DNA of 64,000 bases from the human T2T-CHM13v2.0 reference genome, Homo sapiens (GCF_009914755.1 NC_060937.1); one strand, 5' to 3'; counted from the first letter of the stretch, positions 11,820 through 35,535 are shown. A program made the numbers and translations. Notes: generated by a model not told the origin, from the sequence alone.

Positions 11820-12270
11820 GACAGATTTGGCTCTGTAACATTTTAAGGTTTTTACAGAAAAAGATAATATAAACTAAGTTGAAATATAAACAATAATATG
11901 GAAAAATGTTTGCAAAATATGTAACAGATAAATTATTCTTAATATATTATCCTTAATATATAGTAAGATCCTATAAATTCATACAAATTGTAGAAAAACA
12001 GGCACTGAATATTTGAACAACTCACAGAAGTAATGGAAATGGCAAGTAAATATATGAGGAAATAGTAATTATCAAAAAATGCAAACTGAAACAACGAGAA
12101 CTTCTGTCTATCAGACTGCTGACAATAAAACATTTATTACATACTAATGGAACAGGTCTGAGAAAGTGGGCATTTTCACACTTTTTTGAATGAGAGTATA
12201 AATTAGTACAATCTTTTCAAAGAGCAGTTTGGCAACATTCCACAAAATTTCAAAATTATACATTCTTAGG
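11820..12270 (+). mobile_element. Old L1 (L1ME-like) 3' ORF2 fragment
   Basis: ggaaaaatgtttgcaaaatatgtaacagata, aaatgcaaactgaaacaacgaga, aaattagtacaatcttttcaaagagcagtttggcaa. Confidence 0.65.
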
Positions 12271-12916
12271 CTCTTCTAAAATTTTATTTTTCTTTCTTAG
12301 TCTTGGTAATAGTTTAAAAAAACTGTTGAACCAGCAGTGGGATTGAGTATTGTGTATGGATCTATTCGAGTCGTTTGCCTCAGAAACTTGTCAGATTTCC
12401 TAAGCTTAAATCATTTTTGAAATTAAATGTTTGTCTTCCATTATTGAAGACAATATTTTAGTTTCTCCTTTACTTTTATTGTCCTGTTGTCTAACGGTAA
12501 CAATGTAAACTTTGTTATTTTATTATCAGACAAATGAACAAGTTTTGGTACTTTTTTTTAAATGTGAATTTTTAATTTAGTTTTTAAAATTATTTTATGA
12601 TATGTGCCTAACATCCTATTATGAATTCTTACTATTTATAATGACATTTAAAATTGAGATATGCATATTATTTATATAAGTATTAATACTACAAACAAGA
12701 GTTTGAAATTTCTTAGTACCTATTTACCTCTGTTTTCATTCAGAAATATTTTTAAATGTTATATGCAAAGTATTGGAAAATTAAATGTGATCTGCAACAT
12801 AATTTTCAATATTTGTTTAGACGAACAGAAATTATGGTATAAATTTAGCTACTTATTTTCAAATCAGGATTGCTTTGAAAATATAGGGCATTTTACATAT
12901 TTAAGATTTAACGTCA

Positions 12917-13563
<647 letters not shown>

Positions 13564-14339
13564 TAAAGCAAATTTTTAAATTGCGCTCCTACTATCTGTT
13601 TTTGGTTTTTTCCTGTTCTCTTCTCCTGAACTTTATCTATCTTCATAGTTGCAATACCTTTGGGACACCTATAACCTGTGTCTCCCTTTTTCTTGTCTTG
13701 TCTTAGTTTGACTGACTTTCAAAGGAGATTTTGATTTAGCACTTCAGCCTTGGAATAAGCTATTGAATACATTTAAGTAGCTAGGAAACAAGGTGGTATA
13801 GGAAATAGGGAAAAGAATAGAGAAAGAAAATGGTTTTAAAGAATTCTTCCCTTTGGAGTGAATTTGAAGCTTCTTGTTCTATTTTCAATGCAAAATCTCC
13901 AATATTCACCTTATAGCAATACAAAAATAGAGTTTGGACTACAGAAACCACAGTTGTGCATATATAAAATGTTCTCAATAAATCTTTGCTTATTGAGTCA
14001 CAGTTACTTCCATAATAACTTAAGAAATAAAGAGAATGCAGATGCTTCCTAAAGTGAGCATATGGGAAAATGGGTAAGTTTTGATAACTCTTTTATTCAA
14101 GGTTTTTCCTCCATTATAGAAATAATATGCTAGAAATAAAGCATGTACCTATAATGGAGTAATTTTTTTGAGAGAAATTGAACACTTTTTTTTCTTTTAA
14201 CTACCTTCTTTTATTCACTTGTACTATCAGGAATATCCATATAGACAAAAATAAAGCAAGTTTGGGGTAAAATTAAAAAAAAATACTACCAGGAAGAGAA
14301 CTACTGGACAGCTGTGAACTGAATGCTTTAGAGACCTCA

Positions 14340-14664
14340 GAAAGTCCAAACCTTAAAAGCAGGATTAATCTCCAAAGGCTGGAGAACCTGGAATTCTTAT
14401 GTCAAAGGAAGGAAAAGAAAGAGTATCTTAGCTGCAGGAGAGAAAAAGAGCAATTTGCTGTTCTTCTGCCTTTTTGTTCCATTCAGGCCTTCAGCTGATT
14501 GGATGGAGCCCGCCCCATTGACGGTGAATCTTCTTCACTCAGTCTTCCAACTTACATGCCAATCTCCTGTGGAAACACCCTCACAGACACACCCGGAAAT
14601 TATGCTTTATCAACTAACTAGGTATCCCTTATCCAGTCAAGTTAACCCTTAAGATTAACTATCA
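14340..14664 (-). mobile_element. MLT2-type (ERVL) LTR
   Basis: gattggatggagccc...gaaacaccctcacagacacacccggaaat...ccagtcaagttaacccttaagattaactatca is the reverse complement of the MLT2 LTR 5' end. Confidence 0.75.
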
Positions 14665-14669
14665 GAGCT

Positions 14670-15617
14670 AATTTAGATTCATACTAATTAAGCTTAAAAT
14701 CAAGCCTCTAAATTATCAACTTGATCTGTAATTAAATTAACTGCCTTCCGGAACAAAACATACATACTTAAAGATGACAGTTACAGACAATCAACAGTGT
14801 AACATCTATAATGCTAAGCATGTGATAAAATGCTATTGCAGTGAGGAAGCAGGAAAATATGAGCCAAACCTAGAGAAAAAAATCAGTCAGTAAAAACATA
14901 CTTACAAATGCTAAAGTTTACAGAATTAACAGATAAGGTGTTTTAAAAAGCTGTTAAAAATATGTTCAAGAATTTAAAGGAAAACATGACCCTGAGAGAA
15001 TAGGGGATTTTACAAAATTAGAATTCTAGAATTCAGAGATGCAGTATATAAAATGAAAAATTCACTGGATTGTCTTATAGGCCAGTTGAACACTCCAGAG
15101 GGAAAGATCAGTTAACTTGAAGAGAGGACAATAGAAACTGAAGCACAGATAGAAAAAAAATTAAAAGGCTGGAAAATAGATGGAGTCTTAGAGAATTGTG
15201 AGATAATACTAAGCAGTCTAACCTGTATAATTAGATATCATAGTGTAATTGAAGCAGAAAAATTTGAATAAAAGGGGAATTTTTTCTAAATGTTATGGCA
15301 AATAGGAACCCTCAGACCCAAGAAATTAAATACCAAAGTATACCATAATCAAATTATTGAAAACCAGTGATAAAGAGAAAAATTTTTAAAGACATTTGCA
15401 GGGAACAGTGGCATTACTGACTTCTTGTTAGAAACAGCGCAGACCAGAACACAGTAGAATATCATCACCTTTGAAAAGCTAAGTATAAAAACGTCAACTT
15501 TAAATGATCGATCAAAAAAAAAAGTGTCTTTCAAACTGAAAGTGAAATAAATGTTTTGAAATAAACGAAAGTAGAGAAGGTTTATCCCCAGCATAATGCA
15601 CTGTAAGAAATGGGTAC
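14670..15617 (+). mobile_element. Old L1M, ORF1 region (5' part of an interrupted element)
   Basis: aaatatgttcaagaatttaaaggaaaacatg, aaatgaaaaattcactggat, gaaagatcagttaacttgaagagaggacaatagaaact. Confidence 0.7.
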
Positions 15618-15632
15618 AAAAAGAAAGAATTC

Positions 15633-15931
15633 TTTTTTTTTTTTTTTTTTGGAGACGGAGTCTTGCTGTGTCACCCAGGCTGGAGTGGAGCGGCGCGATC
15701 TTGGCTCACTGCAACCTCTGCGTCCTGGGTGCAAGCCACTCTTCTGCCTCGGCCTCCTGAGTAGGTGGGAATATGGACACCTGCCAATGTGCCCGGCTAA
15801 TTTTTGTAGTTTTAGTAGAGACGGGGTTTCACCATGTTGGCCCGGCTGATCTCAAACTCCTGACCTTGTGATCTGCCCACCTCGTCCTCCCAAAGTGCTG
15901 GGATTACAGGTGTGAGCCACTGTGCCCGGCC
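15633..15931 (-). mobile_element. AluS, full length
   Basis: Poly-T, ggagacggagtcttgc...ctgtgcccggcc. TSD aaaaagaaagaattc/aaaaaggaagaattc. Confidence 0.95.
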
Positions 15932-15959
15932 AAAAAGGAAGAATTCTTTAAAATCATTT

Positions 15960-20682
<4,723 letters not shown>

Positions 20683-20689
20683 TAATTGT

Positions 20690-22680
20690 GGAATTTTAAA
20701 CACATAAAACATACGACAACAAAAGTGCAAAAGATGCAGTGGGAGGGAAGTGGAAGTTTGGTGTTTTAATATTGTAAGGATATTAAGTTATCCATGAAAT
20801 ATATAATATTGATTGGAGGTAGACTGTAAACCTTCCCACAACCATTGAAACAAATAAAGTTATTTAGCATACCAATAGATAAGAACAAATAGAATTTTTA
20901 AAAAGTAATTGTATCAAAAGAAGGTGAAAAAGGAGGGTAAAAGAACAAATGAGACAAGTATGAAACAAGTAGCAGGAAGATAGACTTAATTGCAGCCTAA
21001 TAAGTAACTGTACTAAATGTGAAAGTACTACAGATTTGAACTAAAAGACAAAATTGTTAGACTGGATGAAAAAGCATGGTACAACTATCTGCTATCTATA
21101 AAAAGTCCATTTTAAATATAAAGGTGGAGATAGTTTAAAAGGATGACAAAAGATATACCATGCAAGCACTAATCCTAAAGCTGGAGTAGCTATATTACTA
21201 TAAGAAAAATTAGACTACAGACAGATAATAATACCAGAGATAAAACGTGACATTTTATAATAGGATTAATACATGAAGTAAATATAGTAGTATATCTGTG
21301 CATTTAATAGCAGAGCTGCAAATAACATGAAATATAAGCTTACAGGATTGATGAGGAGTAGCTGTATCAAGAAATACAGTTAGATATTTCTGCATAGTCC
21401 TCTCAGTAATTGATACAAAAAAATAGGAAATTAACATGATGCTTCATAGTTGAACAGTACTACCAATCTTTACCTAATAGAAATATTTAAAATACTACAC
21501 ACAAACTATAGAAAATACACATTGTTTTTAAGTACGGATAAAACATTCATGAAACTAATGTAAGAATGAGCAAAAAAGGAAATAAGAAATCCTAAGTAGA
21601 TGAACGTAAGAACTCAAACTAGATGATTCTAGTTCTAGAAAGTTCCTAGCAAGAACTAGAAAAGTCATAGCAAGTTTTTCTTTATAAATTCCAAGCTAAA
21701 TCAGTTTTTACAATGAATGTGGATAACTTAAGCTACCCTATTTTAACATACAAGAGTGTCAGTTTAGATTTAAAAAAAAAGCAAACCGCAGTTCACCTAT
21801 ATGCCCTTTACAAGAGACCATTTACAACAAAGTGGCATACAAAGAAAGAAAGAGTTGCAATATTAACAGGCAAAATTGAATTCAGGGTGTAAGTCAATAA
21901 AAGGTCAAAGGGAAATGTTTTATATTGATAAAAGTCATGCTTAAGTAGGTCTTAGGTAAAAATCCTGAAAGATATAAAAAATCATTTAAAAAAATCAAAC
22001 ATTCCATTGCATCAAGAGAGGAAACACTATAGCCAAAGCATACAAAGAAAAATCTTACTTGAATTTACTACATAAACCAGTTAGAGAAGAGTACCATGAC
22101 ACTATGTTGGAATATTGAAAATCTACAGCAAACATAATACTTAATGATGAAACATTAGAAACCTTTTCATTAAAGTTCAAAACAATATATGCATAGTTAC
22201 TGTCACATCTGTTTACCTTGGAGCTTCTAGCCATTGTAATGAATTGAGTCATAAATATTGAAAAGAATTAATAAAACTTATTAATTTTAAATGTCTGTAC
22301 CAAAAACAAAAAAGGCAAGCAATTAACAAACTAATAGAACTAAAATAGAGTTGTTACTTGGCCAGATTCAAAATTAACATACTAAAATTAGTACCTCTTC
22401 TGTATACCAGAAATATCTAATTATAACAATGAAAAGTAAAAGACTTTATTATAATAGTCACAGGATTGTTTCCTAGAAATAAATTTGATAATATACGTGG
22501 AAAATTATATAATGAAACTTATAAAAATTTATTGAAAATTCTAAAAGATCTGACTAAATAGGCATACTCTGTTCATAGACTGAAAAATTCACTAGTGTAA
22601 CAGGTTAATCTGTAAATAACTCCAACTTTAATCAAAATTCTCATGGAATCATTTCATTAAATATGTATCTAAGAAGTATA
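20690..22680 (+). mobile_element. Old L1M ORF2 fragments (continuation of 14670-15617, plus a second more decayed copy from about 21690)
   Basis: Endonuclease motifs (aagatataccatgcaagcactaat...aagctggagtagctatatta) and RT motif (aatctacagcaaacataatacttaatgatgaaacattagaaaccttt). Confidence 0.65.
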
Positions 22681-23640
22681 TGAGAGAGGACTCATACTTC
22701 TGAACATCTCCATAATTAGCACTCTGGCCCAAGGTGGCATCATCTGTGCCTGGTTTATCACATTAACCTCTGAACTTTTCCATTTTCACACTTGCCCTCT
22801 CCACCACCATCCACCCAAGCCCTGCAGCCTAAACTGAACACTCAGAGTGATCCTTTAATAGATTACTTAGTTCAATTCTTTCGATGAATTTAAAAGAGGA
22901 TATTGTTTAGAAAGACTAAGTAATTGAATCAAGGTCAAAAAATTTGTAAGAAGTAGAGCCATGATTTGTATCCAACATTTCTGATTCTAGACCCTATTCT
23001 CTTCAACACTAGACTATACTGTATTTTATTAGCTCTTTCTGTGTTGAGATTATTTTATTATTTTTAAAGAATGCTCATAGACGTCTGGCATATATGATGA
23101 TAGATGACACTTATCTGAAATATGTAGCTTGGCCTCATAAAAAATATGCTTTAATTTCATTTATAGACACATAGCTGACCTAGGATGAAAAATTGTCTTG
23201 ACCCATTGTGACATTTCTTATATTTATATGGTAATGAAGAAAAATCAAAATTTTAACTAATCTGTTTTTCATAAGGATATTATCGTCTTTTCTTCTTGGG
23301 CTTTTAGGCTTAACGCCTTTTTTTCTCCTGTGGCACATTTGATTGCACTCTTAACTGCGGTGCTAAAATAAAACTCAATTTTAGTGATCACAGAATCTGA
23401 TGTTGAAATAGTCTATTTCTGGAAATGCTGGGTTTATGGTAATGATGAAAGTTGTATCATGTTGTTATGGCAACCAAAATCCTAAAGTACAGATTAATGA
23501 CAAGCTCACTGATTTTTGGAAGTAAGCAGTTCATTTCTTATCTCAGTTCAGTTTTAAATAATTATTTAGAATACAGTAAATTTCTTTGAACATATTTTAA
23601 AATGAGAATAATATCTCCATTTAGTTACATATCTAGAGAT

Positions 23641-28693
<5,053 letters not shown>

Positions 28694-29439
28694 GTTACTT
28701 CCCCCTTTCAACTGGTCTTTTTGCATATCTTTTGGTGTTGTGAAAAGCAAGAGGACAGAAACAGTCCTGAAAGTACTTCCCGTCAGCTATGGGCTAGGCT
28801 GTGATTGATCAAAATAGTAAGTAAGTAAAATCAAGTGCATGCCCATGCTAGAACCAGTGTTCAGCATGCACTGCTAACAACAACAACAAAAAAATTCACT
28901 GTTTTCACTGCCTGTACATAGGGTGTTTAGTTGATAAGGACATTCCCAACTTTCAGAAGCATATGACTGAACTGAGATGATTTGTTGGTCATTTTGGATT
29001 TAGTCATAGAATCCTTGAAACTTTTACATTTTGGACATTGATTATTTGTTACTATAATGATTCATTATTGTTTGAGACTGTGTATTTCATATGTGATATT
29101 AGTAATTAGTGAATAATTTGGGCTAAGACCAGGCAGACAATATAGACAGATAGATCAGTTGATTGATAGACAGATACTTAATATACTTTTTAAGATAAAG
29201 GATGAATTTACATAGTAATTATTACTGTAAATAAAAATATAGTAAACTGGCAAGAGAATAAAATGGTTTTAACACTATAGAAACATTCATTTATATACAA
29301 ATAACTGATACGCTTTTATAAATCATATTTTGGGAAACTTAGTTCCCTAAAATAATGTATGTGTATGTATATGTGATGTATTTATTCATGTAGGTAGTTT
29401 TTTTAAAACAATAACTCATTAAAATACTCTTAACTCTCA

Positions 29440-29620
29440 GTGGAATAATATAGCTTAAAAGCTTAAAGTACCTTATAAAGATTAACCAGTTCAATATTTG
29501 GTTTATAGTGGAGAAAGCAGTCTTGGAGAGGTTAAATTACTTGTTCAAGGCAACAATAAGTGGCAGAGCTTCAACTAGAATGTAAGCCTTCTAACAGTAA
29601 TTTACTCCTCTATACCATTT
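29440..29620 (-). mobile_element. MIR
   Basis: ggagaggttaaattacttgttcaaggcaacaataagtggcagagc...actagaa. Confidence 0.6.
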
Positions 29621-30320
29621 TATCTGTACTGTACCATATAGAACTGATTAGAAAATACTTAATAAAAGTGAGTGTAGGAACCTGTTGCTTTGGTAGTGAT
29701 AAATGAACTCATATTTGTTCAGAAATGTGGAATCACACTGTCAGCCAGAGTTCTTGGTCTTTATAATTTAAGTTTGACTCAGACTCACTTCAGAGAATCT
29801 CCCTTTTCATTTTATTTCTATCCTGTTGGCTTTAGCAGGCAGTTAGCAGGCCAGGAGGAGCAGTTCCTTATTCTTTGCTTTTTTTCCTTCCTCCTTCATT
29901 CATGTAATACATGAAGATTTCTTTTTATCCAGCGGCTTTGCTTTCTTCATCTTCTCCACCATATGCATATTCTTTTTTTAACCCCTTCCATATCTCAGTG
30001 GCTTTTTAAGCTGAGGCGGAGATTGAAGACATACTATACCATCTAACACCAAAATTTAAAATGAATTTTAAACACTCGTTTAGTTTTAACTGGCTTGATT
30101 TTATTTAATTATCTGTGTTTATGTGGTACTGCTTTATTTTATCTATTGCAGACTTACAGTGGATTTTCAGCTGTATTGTTAGTTACAGACATTCGTGAGC
30201 TAATTTATATAGCTTAGAAACAAATGTGTCAAGTTACAACTAAATTTCAGTAAATTTTAAATTTTTTATCACTGTTACTTGAAAATGAAATTTAAATTTC
30301 ACTACTTTAGAAGTTTCAAC

Positions 30321-30360
30321 AATACTACATTTACAAGTTAAATACTACATTTACAAGTTA
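30321..30360 (+). repeat. Perfect 20-bp tandem duplication (aatactacatttacaagtta)x2
   Basis: Read directly from the sequence. Confidence 0.95.
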
Positions 30361-30766
30361 CTCTGAACTTTTAAAAATCATATTCAATATTTATAATTGT
30401 ACATTATTCTTATTTTATACTTTTTATGAGAAGGAATAGCCTTATTTTTGTGTACTCCTTATATACGATCAAATATATGCTGTATTGAGATTGAGTATAG
30501 ACTTGAGTATGAGGCATGAGTAATGAATGCTTTACACACTTCTCAGAAATCTATGTTATTGCGCTTAGAAAAGAACTAAGAACACTGTTTCTAAAATCCA
30601 GTATCTGACTTGTTGCAAAAGTGGATATCAAATGTATGTTATATCTAACAAAGTTTTAAAATACTAGTTTCTAGTAGTTTTTAATGAAAAATAATTTTTG
30701 CATTATTTTGTTACATTCATTGTCAAGCAAATTTAATTACAGGAAAGACCACTAATCAATAGATCA

Positions 30767-31099
<333 letters not shown>

Positions 31100-31694
31100 T
31101 TAAGCAGTTTTCTAAACCAGTTTCTACCATCATCCCTTCCCTTTCAGCAGAAAGGTAGTACAACCAGTAGCACCAGTCTACTCTGCTCAGAAAATTTACT
31201 CAGCATGTCTTTCTTCTACTCACTGTCATTTTGGAAGCTTTAGCAATTTTTGGAAAATGTCAAGTTACTCCAACTCGTCAAGAGTTTGGACCCCATTAGA
31301 ACAGTGTACAGATGTTCCAAGATCTTAAGTGGACTTCTTTCCTTATTCCATCCAACTATTTTCTTTTCTAGACCACAGATGCATATATTTCCACAGATAG
31401 TCTTAAAAATGTATTATTCTATCCATTATTATCAAAAAAGAACATAATTCCTAGAAAAACAAAGAATGTGTTCTGTTGATGATGACTTCATGACATTGAC
31501 CTGTGTGACAACTTAACACAATATTACTATTACTGCTATAACTATTACGTTAATCTAGCTAGTCACAGTCATGTACTCTTGACTATGTGAAGAAACAGTT
31601 TTCCTGAAATAGCCACTGATTCAGCATTTATGGAAAACAGTGGTGGCTCAAGAGCCCAGAATAGGACTCTGTAAATAAGGAAAAAGTTCTTTTT

Positions 31695-32530
31695 CTCCAT
31701 CAAGCATTCAGTGAACATGTATTTATTGAGCATCCATCATATTCAAAATATACTGGGTTTTAAGGGACATGTGAACATAAACAGTGTCAAGTTAGTTGAA
31801 ATTTTGTAGGACAGGTAAGACATGAACAACATGTATTTCTGTAATTCTAAACAATTTTTTAAGTACATTTTGGAAATTGGGTTATATTGCAGTCATATCC
31901 ATTTGATGCAGAACTAACCCCTTCCTAATACAAAGCTGTTGGGATCTGAACATCAAGAAAATGTAGAAGCTTTATTGTAAGTTAGGAGTGGTAAAAGCTA
32001 TATGAAAGGAACAGAAAAAGTGCCATGGACATTCCACAAAGGAAGTAATTATTTCTAGCTCTAAAGATCAGACAAGACTTCATGGATAAGAGAGAACATT
32101 TTTGTTGAACATTAAGAGCATTTACAAGTGGTGAAAGAGGCACTCTAGGAAAATGAAGTAGGAGCAAAGGAACTGAGATCAGCAAACCAGAGCCCAGAGA
32201 ACAGTCAAGGGTTGCACTGGAATTAGAATAGTGATAGGGAAAGTGTTAGATAATTTTTGAATGGTAGAAGGAATTTGGGCTTCTCTGAAACCAAAAGAGG
32301 CTACTGAAGCTCTTTGAAAGCCCCAGGTAAGAGAGAGATGTGATAGAAAGTATGCCTCAGCAAGATTGATCTAACAACAGTGCCTAGGATGGATTGAATA
32401 TTGAAGAGACTGAAAGAGGGAAGAATAGATAGGAGTTTGTGTGTACTCCAGGCAAGAGGTCATTTTAGAACCTGAGCTGAAGTGATACAACATTGTTATG
32501 CCATTAACAGAAGTAGGAAACTACAAGAAA
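31695..32530 (-). mobile_element. L2 fragments
   Basis: catgtatttattgagcatcc, aaggaatttgggcttctctg...gctactgaag, and cctaggatggattg are reverse L2 motifs. Confidence 0.6.
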
Positions 32531-32594
32531 AGGAGGTGTGGAAGCAAAGCTTTAAACACACATTTTTATTTTAGTTTTTGTAAAAATCAGAAAA

Positions 32595-32671
32595 TTAGTA
32601 CCAGTGTTCTCATGGCCAGTACCATGAGTACCATGAGAACCATGAGTACCGTTAGTACCATCTTCTCATGG
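32595..32671. repeat. Complex micro-repeat: about 5 x 9-bp agtaccatg between direct repeats ttagtacca..ttctcatgg
   Basis: Read directly. ttctcatgg is the reverse complement of the internal ccatgagaa. Confidence 0.85.
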
Positions 32672-33392
32672 TGATACATGAATAGTATGAGTAGCTAGGG
32701 ATGACAGGAAGTTAATGTCATGGAACTATGCAGAGAGTTGTTGCACATTTAATGAACCAATACTGTTTTTTCTAGCTGGATAATTTTGTAAACATTTGCA
32801 GGACTCATTCTTTATGTGCTTTTGTAGAAATGTATATTTGTGAGAAAGCTGTGATTTGCTGCAGGCAAGTGTCACATTTTAGCTTGGGGTGATATAGAGA
32901 GATGAAGAGAAAGCTAGGAGATGTGGTTGTTAGTGTAAAAGCTGTAAGGTGAAAGAGCAGTTTACTTTAAGTTTTCCTGAGAGATAAAAGTGTTGATAAA
33001 TTGAAACAATTGTAAGCATCTTTCTTTAATGTGTTACCACTTTTGCAAAATCAATACATTGACATTGGGTCACAGTTTTTGTTTCTTATTTAGCAGTCCT
33101 GTATATCAGGCACAAATATATAGCAGTCCAATATATATCAGGAACAAAACACAGTCCATGCCCTCTGCAACCTATATAGTAATGGAGAAAGATTTAATAA
33201 ATAATGAATACAAAATTATATTTTATCCCAAAATTAGGATTAACTGTGTAGCCATATAGTGATTATTAAATAGTGTATGTGTGATGATAATGAAAATGAA
33301 ATGTGTTGATTGAAGTGTCAAGCTGTCTTACAATTCTTAGTAAATATATTTTTTTCAAATGATGTGTTTACATTTTGTTTGCTTATCAATAG

Positions 33393-33540
33393 AGAGCAGA
33401 TCGTAAAACAATCTACAGAATTAGTCTGCAGAGCCTATGGTGAAGTGTATGCAGCCGTGATGAATCCAATCAATGAATACAAAGATCCAGAGAACATTCT
33501 TCACCGATCGCCGCAGCAAGTGCAGACGCTTCTTTCCTGA
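33393..33540 (+). CDS. COG6: COG6 terminal coding exon (probably exon 19), (K)[48 protein letters not shown]
   Basis: Acceptor ttttgtttgcttatcaatag|A completes the AA+A Lys codon. TGA stop at 33538-33540. Same frame as the 3' part of ORF-track entry 33310..33540. C-terminus is typical of COG6. Confidence 0.95.
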
Positions 33541-35080
33541 TTATCTTATTTCATTGTGTTAGCAAAATATGACCTCCCTAAAACACTGAAGGTTATTTTT
33601 TATTCTTTGAATTTTTACTCTATAATTTGATAGTTACAGTTTTCTTTGTATCATAAGATTGTAAGTCCCGATAATTTTTTTTTTTTTGGTCTCAGTAACA
33701 GGGAAGTAAGTAACATGTTGACCTGAGCTAGTATTGCTGTGTATCTACTCTAAATGAGATGATCTATTTTTTTGCTAGCCATCTCTCCAGCTCTGCAGTT
33801 TTCACTGTATTCAGGAAGCATAAAGTAGTATGAAAGGTTTGAAGAATTTTTTTTTACAAGACTAGTTCTAAATTAACAGCTTATAAAAAATTTGTCTAAA
33901 TTTAATAATTAGTATAAGGATATGACCTAATAAATGTCTCCTTACCTAAAGATTCATTTGCTTTCTTTTAATATGAGTAGGCATACTTAGTAGCTTTTCT
34001 GAACCTAGCCTATGTCTCTGTCCCCAAAATAGCTGCCCTTAAAGAGTTGTTAGCAGAGAGAAAAATAACAGTGAATGTGCTCCTGGTGTATATGGCAGTG
34101 AATCTCCTTTCTGTTCTACTTTAGCATACTATATATATTTGACTGTGTACATTCTTATGCAATTTTAAGTATACACTCAGCAATAATTAGAAAAAAAGGA
34201 GAGAGAAAAGTGATTTAAACAGGGTGGATTCCACTCTGTGGGAGCCTTCGATGGAACTCAAGGTGGAGCTCAGCCTTTCCAATGAGCTCTAAGCATGTAG
34301 ATAGCCTGAGCTGTGTCTAAGCCTGGTGTTTAAAGATGGGTATTTGTCATACAATATGGGTCCTAAATCCAACCAACTACACATTTTATCTGGTGTTCAA
34401 ACCAAAGAAACAATGATCTACTCAAACATTGGAGAAAAAAACTGCCAGAGGAGGAGTTGCCAATTGGCAGTGTGTCTTATCTCCATGTTGTAACTGGACT
34501 CTGACTTTAGACCATTACCTATTAGGAAGATTAAAAATGACTGTATTTTTAAAGGAATAAATCCCAGTGTGCCTGATTTGACATTCTTGTCGGCAAAAAA
34601 AAACTTAATTTCTAGTAAATCTATAAAAATGGGTAAGTCCCTAAATTACAAATGAGAAAATTGAAGCACAAGGAAAAAAATAACTAGTTTGAAATATTTT
34701 GAAAAGTAATAACATAAAACTAGTATTTGTAGAAGATTATGTGTTGTATATAACAAATTAGTATTTATAGAATATGACCTATTTATCTGAAGTTTATAAT
34801 TGTTTATACCTAATACAGTTCTTTTTGGAGTAAGAATGATTATATAATCGTTATCCATTTGGGTATAAATCTGTATTTTTAGTTTTTTCCCTTTGATTAG
34901 TATGTGTTACATATAAAGACAGAAAATAAAGTATAAATCAAGAGCTTAAATTGTATATAATTTATTTCTACAGAGAAAGAAGATTGATACCTTGCTATGA
35001 GTGAATTCCTTTGTTTTATAGGGAAAATTTATTGTGCTTTTTACCTGGTTTTTTCAAATAAAATATTAAAATATTTCTAG
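33541..35080 (+). other. COG6: COG6 3' UTR (major isoform), about 1.5 kb, AU-rich
   Basis: Follows the stop codon, lacks obvious interspersed repeats, and ends at a tandem AATAAA/ATTAAA. The exact cleavage site is inferred. Confidence 0.75.
35057..35070 (+). terminator. Polyadenylation signal (AATAAA 35057-35062 plus ATTAAA 35065-35070)
   Basis: Two hexamers with U-rich sequence upstream and GT/T-rich sequence (gatgtgttttt) downstream. Confidence 0.7.
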
Positions 35081-35535
35081 AGCAGCAATTATTGCAGCTG
35101 TCCTGTAGATATATATCCTATTGATGTGTTTTTAGAAAATGCACTAATGGAAAAGGAAATACAACATAGGGCAAAACTGAGGTAATCAGTGAAAGACTCA
35201 CAGGAAAAATGTGGTATATATGATCTTGAGAGCTAAGGCAAAATAAAACATTGTAAGTAATAATCTATTAATATAACACCTAAATTTGCTATTACTCCAT
35301 AGTTTGCATTTTGAACTATTTTCATTTGGCATAAGTATAACCTGGAAAAGGCATGTCTGCCCTTCTTTCAGAGAGGAAAGGTGTTTGAATGGCAAAACCC
35401 TTATGTGGTTGAACTTTTCCATTTCTTTCTCTGTGCCTTCATTTGAGCAGGTGGATATTACCTGAGGAAAAAGATGACACAAATGGACTAATTGGCTTTA
35501 CTCGAAATTCATGATTACAGTGTTCAAATGGGCAC

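Noticed and set aside
32595-32671. CRISPR-like reading of the 9-bp repeats
   Set aside because: Units are too short, have no unique spacers, and the context is a eukaryotic intron.
33310-33392. N-terminal part of ORF 33310..33540
   Set aside because: Intronic read-through upstream of the true acceptor at 33392; it starts at TTG and crosses the polypyrimidine tract.
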